A stretch of 64,000 bases of DNA from an uncultured Gammaproteobacteria bacterium (lineage in GTDB: Bacteria; Patescibacteriota; Patescibacteriia; Veblenbacterales; UBA10138). A model generated the notes under the pieces. That model was not told the origin of the DNA and made no database searches. It was given only the letters and a program-made list of their open reading frames with translations. Position 1 is the stretch's first letter. Every line of letters begins with the position of its first letter. The position numbers were made by a program, and so were the translations under genes. This document shows positions 18,362 to 26,158 of this stretch, piece after piece. The stretch spans positions 166,276-230,275 of the forward strand of contig CAYVOI010000001.1 of NCBI GenBank assembly GCA_964453605.1, in the 5' to 3' direction.

Positions 18362-18931
18362 ATGCTCTCAGCTAAAATTTTGCCGCAACCACTGCCTGGT
18401 GAGCACATTGTGTTCATGCTCAGGCGGCACTGGTTAGTATTTACCCGTATCGTGCTGTTCTACCTGGTTCTGTTGCTGCTACCCCTGGTGGTGCGCTACG
18501 TGGTACAGAACTACTACCCCGGCGTGCTCGACGTTATTTTCAGTGGAGGGTTGCTGGAGGCGCTGTTCCGCTTGGGCGTTAGTTTGTACTTTTTGGCGGT
18601 GTGGGTGTTCTTCTGGAGCGCCTGGGTGGACTACTACCTTGACCTCTGGGTGGTAACCAATGAGCGTGTGATTAAGTTTGAACAAGATGGTTTGTTTAAC
18701 CGTACCGTGGCCGAGCTCAGGTTACTCAAGGTGCAGGATGTCTCGGCTACTACGCGCGGGCTCCTCAGCACGTTCCTTAACTTTGGCGAGGTGCGGCTCG
18801 AAACCGCTGGCGAGGAATCAGAACTCACCTTCACCTTTCACCAGGTACCTGGACCAAGTGTAGTGTCAGAGAAAATACTCCACCTGGCCGACGACTGCAG
18901 GCACGAGCACCAAAGCGAGAGCGGAACCTGA
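18362..18931 (+). CDS. membrane protein with bacterial PH domain (DUF304/YdbS-like)
   Basis: Start moved to ATG 18362 (MLSAKIL...); two TM helices then WVVTNERVIKFEQDGLFNRTVAELRL...FGEVRLET pattern. Confidence 0.6.
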   Translation: MLSAKILPQPLPGEHIVFMLRRHWLVFTRIVLFYLVLLLLPLVVRYVVQNYYPGVLDVIFSGGLLEALFRLGVSLYFLAVWVFFWSAWVDYYLDLWVVTNERVIKFEQDGLFNRTVAELRLLKVQDVSATTRGLLSTFLNFGEVRLETAGEESELTFTFHQVPGPSVVSEKILHLADDCRHEHQSESGT

Positions 18932-19026
18932 AGGGTCCCTAGGCCTTGACAGAAAAGGCCAGTAGTGCTAACCTAGTCCAGATAAAAACCCGGCTTACAG
19001 CAGGGTTTTTGTTATACCAGAACCCT

Positions 19027-19485
19027 ATGTATCACACTGCAAAAATTCAGTTTATTCGCCTACCTGTGCTATTAGCTGCGTTAATTTGCCTCTCTCTAGA
19101 GGCACTGTTTCCGCACCTGGCGCTAGCACAGGCAGGGAGCATTCCTGACTACACTCCAGCGGGCCTGAGGCTCCCCGTAGCGGCTGCGCGCCCCGCTCGT
19201 TTGGTGGTTCAGGTGCTGGTGACGGCATATTCGTCCACTCCTGATCAAACCGACTCTTCTCCGTTCACCACGGCTAACGGTACCACCGTGCACACCGGCG
19301 TGGTGGCGGCAAACTGGTTACCATTTGGTACCCACGTCAGGCTGCCGGAACAGTTCGGTGGGCAGATGTTTGTGGTGGAGGATAGAATGAACCAGCGTTT
19401 TGCCAAGCGCCTCGACATTTGGATGCCAACCAGGGAACAAGCTGTAACCTGGGGCGCCCGCTACATTACCGTGGAGGTGCTGTAA
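19027..19485 (+). CDS. 3D-domain protein (MltA/YuiC-like lytic transglycosylase fold) with signal peptide
   Basis: Start at ATG 19027 (MYHTAKIQFIRLPVLLAALICL...); VTAYSS.PDQTDSSPFTTANGT....GVVAAN..PFGT.V core. Confidence 0.7.
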   Translation: MYHTAKIQFIRLPVLLAALICLSLEALFPHLALAQAGSIPDYTPAGLRLPVAAARPARLVVQVLVTAYSSTPDQTDSSPFTTANGTTVHTGVVAANWLPFGTHVRLPEQFGGQMFVVEDRMNQRFAKRLDIWMPTREQAVTWGARYITVEVL

Positions 19486-19636
19486 CGGTTTGGCCCCAGA
19501 GACTGTCTGAGCTTCAGACAGTATGTAGCCTAGTTGCCGCCCGCCATGAGTTCAAAATTACGGCGGGTTTGCTTATGCATGTAGCCTTGCTCCAGGGCTT
19601 ATTTTTTGTTAGAGTTCGATGTGCCTTGTACGCATT

Positions 19637-19711
19637 GGGCCTGGTAGCCAAGTAGTAAGGCAGGGGTCTGCAAAACCCCTATACGCGAGTGCAATTCTCG
19701 CCCAGGCCTCC
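19637..19711 (+). tRNA. tRNA-Cys (anticodon GCA) with atypical T-loop (G at position 55)
   Basis: GGCCTGGTAGCCAAGTAGTAAGGCAGGGGTCTGCAAAACCCCTATACGCGAGTGCAATTCTCGCCCAGGCCTCCA: 7-bp acceptor stem, 5-bp anticodon stem with loop CTGCAAA, 5-bp T stem, U73 discriminator (Cys identity), CCA encoded. Confidence 0.6.
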
Positions 19712-19765
19712 ACGTTTTTGTCTTTCAGTCAGTAACCACCCCTCGCGGGTGCTTACTGCCTCGAG

Positions 19766-19774
19766 TGATATACT
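19766..19774 (+). promoter_or_regulatory. extended -10 TGATATACT 8 nt before polA ATG (leaderless-type)
   Basis: gaGTGATATACTtaccctgtATG. Confidence 0.45.
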
Positions 19775-19782
19775 TACCCTGT

Positions 19783-22530
19783 ATGGCAACTTCGGCCAAA
19801 CTCGTAGTGTTTGATGGTAACGCGTTGCTGCACCGGGCCTACCATGCCCTGCCGCCCCTCACTACCAAAGACGGCGTTCTGGTGAACGCGGCCTATGGGT
19901 TCACGACCATTTTTTTGCGCGTGCTCAAAGAGCTTAGGCCAACGTACGTGGCTGTTACCTTCGACCGCAAAGAGGCCACCTTCCGGCACCAGGCGTTTAA
20001 GGAGTACAAAGCTCAGCGCATAAAAAAACCCCAGGAGCTCTACGACCAGATTCCTATTATTAAAGACATACTCAAAGCTTTTAACCTGCCAACCTATGAG
20101 GCAGTCGGGTTCGAGGCTGATGACGTTATTGGGTCCATAGCTGCGCGAGCGGGGGAACTTAAGCCCCCACTGGAAACCGTTATAGTAACTGGCGATCTCG
20201 ACACGCTGCAACTGATAGACGACCATACCAGCGTGTACACTTTAAGGAAGGGCTTGGGCGAAACAGTTACCTACGATGTGGCGGCGGTGGAGGAGCGCTA
20301 CGGCCTAAAACCTGAACAGCTTATAGATTTTAAGGCGCTCCGCGGGGACCCGTCGGACAACGTGCCAGGGGTTAGGGGAATTGGCGAGAAAACCGCCCTC
20401 GAGCTCTTGAAGCACTACGGTAGTCTAGAAGCTATCTACCAACAGCTTAAGGCCGGTAAGCTCACTAAAGCTTCACCCAAGGTAGTTGAGCTTCTCAAGG
20501 CTTCAGCAGCCGAGGCGGAACTTTCCAAGAAGCTCGTCACTATTGTGCGGGATGTGGATTTTAAGTTTTCGCTGGAGGATTGCCGTCTTAAGGGTTTTGC
20601 GACTGACAAGCTGGTGGAGCTGTTTCAGCGTTTGGAGTTTAAATCCCTGCTTCCTAAAATTCCCGAGCTTCAGGCTAAGCTCAACTTGACGCCACTCGCG
20701 AGTGCATCAGCTAAGCCAGCTGCACCTTTGGGTACGTACCACCTGGTGCAAGAGTCGGCTGAGCTTGCCACGTTAGTAGAGGCAGTTAGGGGCGCCGCGG
20801 AGTTAGCAGTTGATACCGAAACCACCTCCGTAAACCCTTGGGGTGGCCGCTTGGTTGGGGTGAGTGTCAGCCTAAAGCGCGGTGAAGGCTACTTTGTGGC
20901 GGCCACTCCGGTGCTCCTGAAAACTAAAGAGTGGAAAGCGTTTATGGCCGTGCTCGCGAACTCTCGCGTGAGCAAAACCGCCCACAACGCCAAGTACGAC
21001 CTGGAGGTGCTGGAGCAAGCAGGCCTGCCCCTTAGCGGTTTAACTTTTGATACCCTAGTGGCCGCCTACCTTTTGCGCTCAGGCGAGCGAGGGTTGGATC
21101 TGAAATCACTAGTGTTTCAAGAGTTCGGCGTGCAGATGACGACTATTGAGTCCCTAATTGGCAGCGGGAAAGATCAGAAAACTATGGCCGAGGTGCCGCT
21201 TCCTGACGTTGCTCAGTACGCCTCGGCCGACGCAGACTTTACCCTGCGGCTTAAGGAGAAACTCGAGCCGCAGCTTAAGGCCATGGGCCTGAGTGAGTTG
21301 TTCAACGAGGTAGAAATGCCGCTGGTGCCGGTGCTAGCTCAAATGGAGGCAGCGGGGGTTAAAGTTGATGTGGCCTACCTTGCGAGTTTGGATAAGGAAT
21401 TAACTACCACCCTAGCTAAGCTGGAGAAGAAAATTCACAAGCTGGCAGGCAGCGAGTTTAACATCAACTCTCCTAAGCAGCTTAAAGAAGTGCTGTTTGA
21501 TAAGCTCAAGCTGTCACCAGAAGGCCTCCGACACACCAAGAGTGGCGTTTCTACGGCCGCCTCGGAACTAGAGAAAATGCGAGGGTTGCACCCGGTTATT
21601 GACCAGCTGTTCGAGTGGCGCGAACTTTCGAAACTGCTTTCGACTTACGTGCAGGCACTGCCAGAACTGGTGAACACCAAAACTGGTCGGGTGCACACAA
21701 GCTACAACCAAACCGTGGCTGCCACGGGCCGCCTGTCATCCTCCGACCCAAACCTGCAAAACATCCCCATACGCGGGGAGTGGGGTGGTCGCGTGCGGCG
21801 GGCGTTCGTAGCCGAGCCAGGCAACAAGCTAGTGTCGGCTGACTACTCGCAGATCGAGCTCCGCATAGCCGCTCACCTAGCCAAGGACAAGAAAATGGTA
21901 CAGGTGTTTAAGCAGGGCCAAGACATTCACACCTCTACAGCGGCGTTTATTTTTGACGTCGCCCCTGACCAAGTTAGCCCTGACCAGCGCCGCAGCGCCA
22001 AAGAGGTGAACTTTGGCATACTCTACGGCATGGGCGCCTGGGGTTTGTCCGAGCGCACTGGCCTCTCGCGTACCGAAGCTCAGGACTTTATTGATCGCTA
22101 CTTTAAGGCCTACCCCAAAGTTGCCGAGTGGGTAGAGCAGACCAAGGCCGAGGCGCACAGCCAAGGCTACGTCACCACCATCTTAGGGCGCCGGCGCAAC
22201 TTGCCTGAGGTGAACTCTGGTATGGCGCAGGTCAGGGCAGCGGCTGAGCGTATGGCCGTAAACTTGCCTGTACAGGGCACAGCCGCTGATCTTATGAAAA
22301 TGGCCATGGTGAGCGTAGCGGCTAAGTTGCCCAGCGTTAGCAAACAGGCGCGCATGATTATGCAAGTGCACGACGAACTGGTGTTTGAAGTGCCAGCGGC
22401 TGAAGTTGAGCAGGTGGCGAGGGTCGTAAAGCATGAAATGGAGCAAGCCCTTGAACTCACCGTGCCGATTGTCGTGGAAGTGAAAGTAGGGGACAACTGG
22501 AGCGAAATGGAACCTTTGGAAATAAAGTAG
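19783..22530 (+). CDS. polA: DNA polymerase I
   Basis: 5'-3' exonuclease N-domain (LVVFDGNALLHRAYHA), degenerate 3'-5' exo region, polymerase motifs A/B/C (DYSQIELR, RRSAKEVNFGILYG, QVHDELVFE). Confidence 0.95.
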   Translation: MATSAKLVVFDGNALLHRAYHALPPLTTKDGVLVNAAYGFTTIFLRVLKELRPTYVAVTFDRKEATFRHQAFKEYKAQRIKKPQELYDQIPIIKDILKAFNLPTYEAVGFEADDVIGSIAARAGELKPPLETVIVTGDLDTLQLIDDHTSVYTLRKGLGETVTYDVAAVEERYGLKPEQLIDFKALRGDPSDNVPGVRGIGEKTALELLKHYGSLEAIYQQLKAGKLTKASPKVVELLKASAAEAELSKKLVTIVRDVDFKFSLEDCRLKGFATDKLVELFQRLEFKSLLPKIPELQAKLNLTPLASASAKPAAPLGTYHLVQESAELATLVEAVRGAAELAVDTETTSVNPWGGRLVGVSVSLKRGEGYFVAATPVLLKTKEWKAFMAVLANSRVSKTAHNAKYDLEVLEQAGLPLSGLTFDTLVAAYLLRSGERGLDLKSLVFQEFGVQMTTIESLIGSGKDQKTMAEVPLPDVAQYASADADFTLRLKEKLEPQLKAMGLSELFNEVEMPLVPVLAQMEAAGVKVDVAYLASLDKELTTTLAKLEKKIHKLAGSEFNINSPKQLKEVLFDKLKLSPEGLRHTKSGVSTAASELEKMRGLHPVIDQLFEWRELSKLLSTYVQALPELVNTKTGRVHTSYNQTVAATGRLSSSDPNLQNIPIRGEWGGRVRRAFVAEPGNKLVSADYSQIELRIAAHLAKDKKMVQVFKQGQDIHTSTAAFIFDVAPDQVSPDQRRSAKEVNFGILYGMGAWGLSERTGLSRTEAQDFIDRYFKAYPKVAEWVEQTKAEAHSQGYVTTILGRRRNLPEVNSGMAQVRAAAERMAVNLPVQGTAADLMKMAMVSVAAKLPSVSKQARMIMQVHDELVFEVPAAEVEQVARVVKHEMEQALELTVPIVVEVKVGDNWSEMEPLEIK

Positions 22531-22533
22531 CCT

Positions 22534-23577
22534 ATGCCTCGCCGTGCCGCTGCTGTAAAAAAGGAAAAGCCACTCGCTGCTAAAGTCTCGGCCGTGCAGC
22601 TGTGGTACGGGGAGAACCAGTCACTCCTCAGCTTAGAGGTGGCCAGGTGGCGCGACGAGTTTGCCAAGCGCCACCCACAGGCAGTAATTACCCGTTTAGA
22701 GTATAAGCCCAGTGAGGCTACAGAATTTTCTGGCAAGTTGCACCAGGCTGCCTACGGCGGTGGGCTGTTTGTGGATAAGCGGTTAGTAATAGTGTACAAC
22801 GTGCTTAAGGCTGAGGCTAAGGGTGAAGTGGCAGAGCTAGTGAAGCAGCTTACACACGAAGCGCCCGAGGGGTTGTTTCTACTCTTGGTTGAAACTGATA
22901 AAGTTGCCTGGTCCAAACCTCTGGCCGCGGCGATAAAAAAGTCGGAGCAGGTAACCTTGCGAGAGTTTAGCAATTTGCCACCAGCTGAACTGGAGCGTTG
23001 GATAGTGGCACGCGCCAAAGCCGAAGGTGGCAATGTGTCACCAGCAGTAGCACGGCTCCTCGCTGCTCTCACCGGTAATGACTTTTTAAAGCTCACCCAA
23101 GAAATTGCCAAACTCACCGCCTACCGCGGGGCAGCCGAGGTCAGGGCAGCTGACCTTGACCTGCTAGTCACCTCAACGTTGCAGGACGACGTGTTTGTAT
23201 TTGTGGAGGCAGTGGGGAGGCGCGACATGAAGGCTGCCTCCGCAGCCTTAACTCGCCAGTTTGACCAGGGTACCAGCGCGCAGCAACTGGTAGGGTTGCT
23301 GGCCTGGCACCTCAGGGTGTTAACTGGTGTACGGTTGGCGCTGGATGATGCGACCGGCAAACCAACTGCCCGCGAACTCGCCGAAACGTTAGGCCTGCAC
23401 CCGTTTGTGGTTACTAAAGCGTTGCAGCAGATTCCCTACTACTCAGCTGACCGTTTGGCGTGGCTCTATGGTGAGCTGTCGAACCTCGACGTGGCCCTTA
23501 AGACCAGCCAAACTGACCCGCAGGTGTTGTTTGGGTTGTTCCTGAGTAAGCTGGCTACACTTAGTGTGGTGAGATAG
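22534..23577 (+). CDS. holA: DNA polymerase III delta subunit (HolA-like)
   Basis: 3-nt gap after polA; size and helical clamp-loader-like composition; weak motif support. Confidence 0.6.
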   Translation: MPRRAAAVKKEKPLAAKVSAVQLWYGENQSLLSLEVARWRDEFAKRHPQAVITRLEYKPSEATEFSGKLHQAAYGGGLFVDKRLVIVYNVLKAEAKGEVAELVKQLTHEAPEGLFLLLVETDKVAWSKPLAAAIKKSEQVTLREFSNLPPAELERWIVARAKAEGGNVSPAVARLLAALTGNDFLKLTQEIAKLTAYRGAAEVRAADLDLLVTSTLQDDVFVFVEAVGRRDMKAASAALTRQFDQGTSAQQLVGLLAWHLRVLTGVRLALDDATGKPTARELAETLGLHPFVVTKALQQIPYYSADRLAWLYGELSNLDVALKTSQTDPQVLFGLFLSKLATLSVVR

Positions 23578-23750
23578 TTCTTGGCGGAGGTAGGGGACTC
23601 AGAGTTGCGAAGCCCGCCCCCTACCTCCGCCGCCTCCACCCCCGGCACGCCCGGGGTGCGCCGGGCGAGGCCAAACGAATTTGCTATGCACAAACTACCA
23701 CAGCACGCACAATTCTGTTGCCTCGCCTCGCCGCCCAACCTGCACATACC

Positions 23751-23780
23751 AAAACAAAAGCACCCCTCACCGGGGTGCTT
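23751..23780 (-). terminator. terminator hairpin downstream of rpsT
   Basis: AAGCACCCC-ggtg-AGGGGTGCTT on minus followed by TTTGTTTT. Confidence 0.6.
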
Positions 23781-23796
23781 AATTCGTGCTAGTGAT

Positions 23797-24060
23797 TTAC
23801 TTCTTCAAAGCGTGGAGAGCTTTCATCAGGCGAGACTTCAGGCGCCCGGCAGTGTTGGCCTTGAGCACACCCTTCTGGGCAGCCTTGTCCAAGGTCTTAA
23901 TGGCAGCCTGTACAGCTGTGGAGGCTTCTTTGGTCTTGGCGGCCATAGCTTTACGGGCGGCCCGTACGGCTATTTCCACCTTGGTGCGGACACCCTGGTT
24001 GTAGGCAAAGTGTTTCTTGGTTTGTCGCCAGGCTTTGGCAGCGGCAGCTTTGTTCGGCAT
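23797..24060 (-). CDS. rpsT: 30S ribosomal protein S20
   Basis: MPNKAAAAKAWRQTKKHFAYNQGVRTKVEIAVRAA... typical S20. Confidence 0.9.
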   Translation of the reverse strand: MPNKAAAAKAWRQTKKHFAYNQGVRTKVEIAVRAARKAMAAKTKEASTAVQAAIKTLDKAAQKGVLKANTAGRLKSRLMKALHALKK

Positions 24061-24116
24061 GGTCGTCAGTAATCAGTAATACAATAATTATAGTAGCCAG
24101 GTTATGGTAGCGGCTC

Positions 24117-24145
24117 TTGACTAAGCTGTCAATACGGCGTATGAT
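24117..24145 (+). promoter_or_regulatory. sigma70-like promoter TTGACT-17-TATGAT for paralog A
   Basis: cTTGACTaagctgtcaatacggcgTATGATtag; palindrome CCACCTAATTTAGGTGG at 24155..24171 near predicted TSS. Confidence 0.55.
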
Positions 24146-24239
24146 TAGTTGTTACCACCTAATTTAGGTGGTACTCAACACAAATAAACCCCAAGAGCAA
24201 TGGGGATTCGTTTACAAATAAAGAAAGGAAGGTGTGCGA

Positions 24240-24847
24240 TGCCAAATCGTGAGCCTTTATCGTACCATGCTGGGCACGAGTTCCTGCTCAAGCTCGAGCA
24301 AGCCGGATTAACTACCCAGGACATGCAAGCTATTACCGAGTGCCCTGGTAATACTAAGGCGTTAAAGCTGGTCAACTACGTTCGTCGTGGATATCCTGAC
24401 ATCATCGTTCCGTCTAGCATTATTCAGGCCGAACCGTTCGACCCCGTTGCCTTCTTACGTCAAGGCTGGTCTATCGAAAGGGAAGAGCAGGACGAGCGCT
24501 CCCTGGCGCTAACCGAAGTTGACCTTAGTAAGGTCAAGCTCAAAACCTACCTTCGGAAAGGTGAAGTCAGCATCACGGGCGAAGAAAAGCTCAACCGCGC
24601 AAAAGCAAGCGGTGACATCCGCCTTGACGCCAGGTTCTTCATGGCCCTCTGGAATAACAAAAAACTTATCCCCGAAAGCTGGAAGGGTAAGACCATCTAT
24701 TTCGATGGCACCATCCTCCGGAGCCCGAGTGGGGGCCGTTGCGTCCTCTGCCTGTACTGGCTCGACGACCAGTGGGACTGGAGCTACTACTGGCTTGAGG
24801 ACGGTTGGCACGCTGACGAGCCCTCCGCTGTTCTCGCCGCCGCATAA
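24240..24847 (+). CDS. hypothetical protein, paralog A of a two-member family in this window (conserved ~140-aa C-terminal module ending ...PSAVLAAA)
   Basis: Start at ATG 24240 with SD AAGGAAGG; aligns with 46022..46663 over EEQDERSLALTEVDLSKV...IRLDA...YFDGT.LR...LCLYW.D.Q.DW.Y.WLE.GW...PSAVLAAA. Confidence 0.6.
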
Positions 24848-24933
24848 TGCGGGGCAGGCAAGTTAGTTCTTTGAACTTTGGTCTTTGGTTTTTGACCTTA
24901 GACACTGAGTGCTTAGAGCTTTCGTAATGTTTT

Positions 24934-24971
24934 ACACCCGTGTTCACCGTAGTGAGCACGGGTGTTTTATT
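24934..24971 (+). terminator. rho-independent terminator after paralog A
   Basis: ACACCCGTGTTCAC-cgta-GTGAGCACGGGTGT followed by TTTATT. Confidence 0.6.
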
Positions 24972-24993
24972 GTCTGGTGGTAGGGCTGCAGTG

Positions 24994-25431
24994 TTACGGC
25001 CTTAAAAGACTGCTCTTGTAGCGTTCAGGGTGGAACGGTTTAAGGCGCACCAGCCTGACTTTTAGTCCGAGTTTTGTCAGGTCTTTGGTCAGTGAGTGTG
25101 TCCGTGTCATTTGGTCGTAGCCCAGGACAATAACATCAGGCTTGAGTTTGTGTACCAGGTTGTAACGATGGCTAAACTCACGCTGACCAAGCAGGCCTTG
25201 GGTAACAGATTTTACTCGGCGTATATTCCGCAGCCTGGTTCGCTCATGGTCTATAGGCCAGTGGCCTTTGAGTTTGTAGACGTTGCGGTCGCGGGCCACT
25301 ACTACTATAAGTTCCTGGCCCAAACGTTTGGCTTGGCGCAAAAACCACCGGTGCCCGGGGTGGAGTAGGTCAAAGGTGCCAAAGGCAAGGACTATGGCTG
25401 GTTTTTTACTTTTGGGTTGACGTTGTGGCAT
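24994..25431 (-). CDS. cytidylyltransferase-like nucleotidyltransferase (FAD synthase RibL / glycerol-3-phosphate cytidylyltransferase family)
   Basis: FGTFDLLHPGH (HxGH nucleotidyltransferase motif), 145 aa. Confidence 0.7.
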   Translation of the reverse strand: MPQRQPKSKKPAIVLAFGTFDLLHPGHRWFLRQAKRLGQELIVVVARDRNVYKLKGHWPIDHERTRLRNIRRVKSVTQGLLGQREFSHRYNLVHKLKPDVIVLGYDQMTRTHSLTKDLTKLGLKVRLVRLKPFHPERYKSSLLRP

Positions 25432-25493
25432 AGCTACGGTAAGGTAAGCAAACTAAAACCAAACAACTGTACATTACCTAGCAAAGGACAACT

Positions 25494-26135
25494 ATGAAGA
25501 AAAAGCAAGTAAAACCAGCGCGCCGGTGGCTTGGCTACCGTCTTGAAATAAAGCGAGGGAAACCATACCTCTGCCTGACCCAGCTCCAGTGGGAAGGGCT
25601 TTTGAGAAAGCTGGCCTGTAAGTTGATCGACGCTGAGTATGTGCCCGATTTCATCATAGGTGTGGCTAAGGGCGCCCAATGGGCCAGTAGTTTTTCAACC
25701 CAGCTGGAGGTTGACTGGGGCCTGTGGGCAATTCGGCGCTACCGCAAGCAGCGTGGTCACGAGGCCGACAGAGCCAACAAGCAAACCGATATTGCACCCC
25801 ATATTACCACCTACAGTGATTGTTTGGAACGATTGACCAACGGGGAACAGCTCGATATCCTCCTCGTTGAGGACCTTACCGATAAAGGGGATACTTTCAA
25901 GGACGCTATCCTGTGGCTGCGCAAGAACTACGGCCAACGCTTTCAGATTAGAACAGCCTGTATCTGGCGTAAGCGATCCTCAGATTTTATGGTCGATTAC
26001 TTTGTGGACGAGATCAGCTTCGAACCATCGACTGGTAAAATGCCGTGGATACGGAAGGTGGATGAAGATACGTTTAAGCGGGTGTTCACAGGTGTGCCCA
26101 TGCGGCGCTGGAAAAAGATAAAGACGAAGAAATAG
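25494..26135 (+). CDS. phosphoribosyltransferase (type I PRTase) domain protein
   Basis: ILLVEDLTDKGDT matches PRPP-binding motif (V/I)LLVDD..DTGxT. Confidence 0.6.
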   Translation: MKKKQVKPARRWLGYRLEIKRGKPYLCLTQLQWEGLLRKLACKLIDAEYVPDFIIGVAKGAQWASSFSTQLEVDWGLWAIRRYRKQRGHEADRANKQTDIAPHITTYSDCLERLTNGEQLDILLVEDLTDKGDTFKDAILWLRKNYGQRFQIRTACIWRKRSSDFMVDYFVDEISFEPSTGKMPWIRKVDEDTFKRVFTGVPMRRWKKIKTKK

Positions 26136-26158
26136 GCCGTGGTATATACGGTGTAAGG

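Noticed and set aside
22167-22736. Minus-strand 189-aa ORF across the polA/holA junction
   Set aside because: Antisense to two well-supported genes; low-complexity Ser/Thr/Ala-rich.
23581-24072. Plus-strand 163-aa ORF
   Set aside because: Antisense overlap with the well-supported rpsT (S20) gene; Pro/Gly/Ser-rich.
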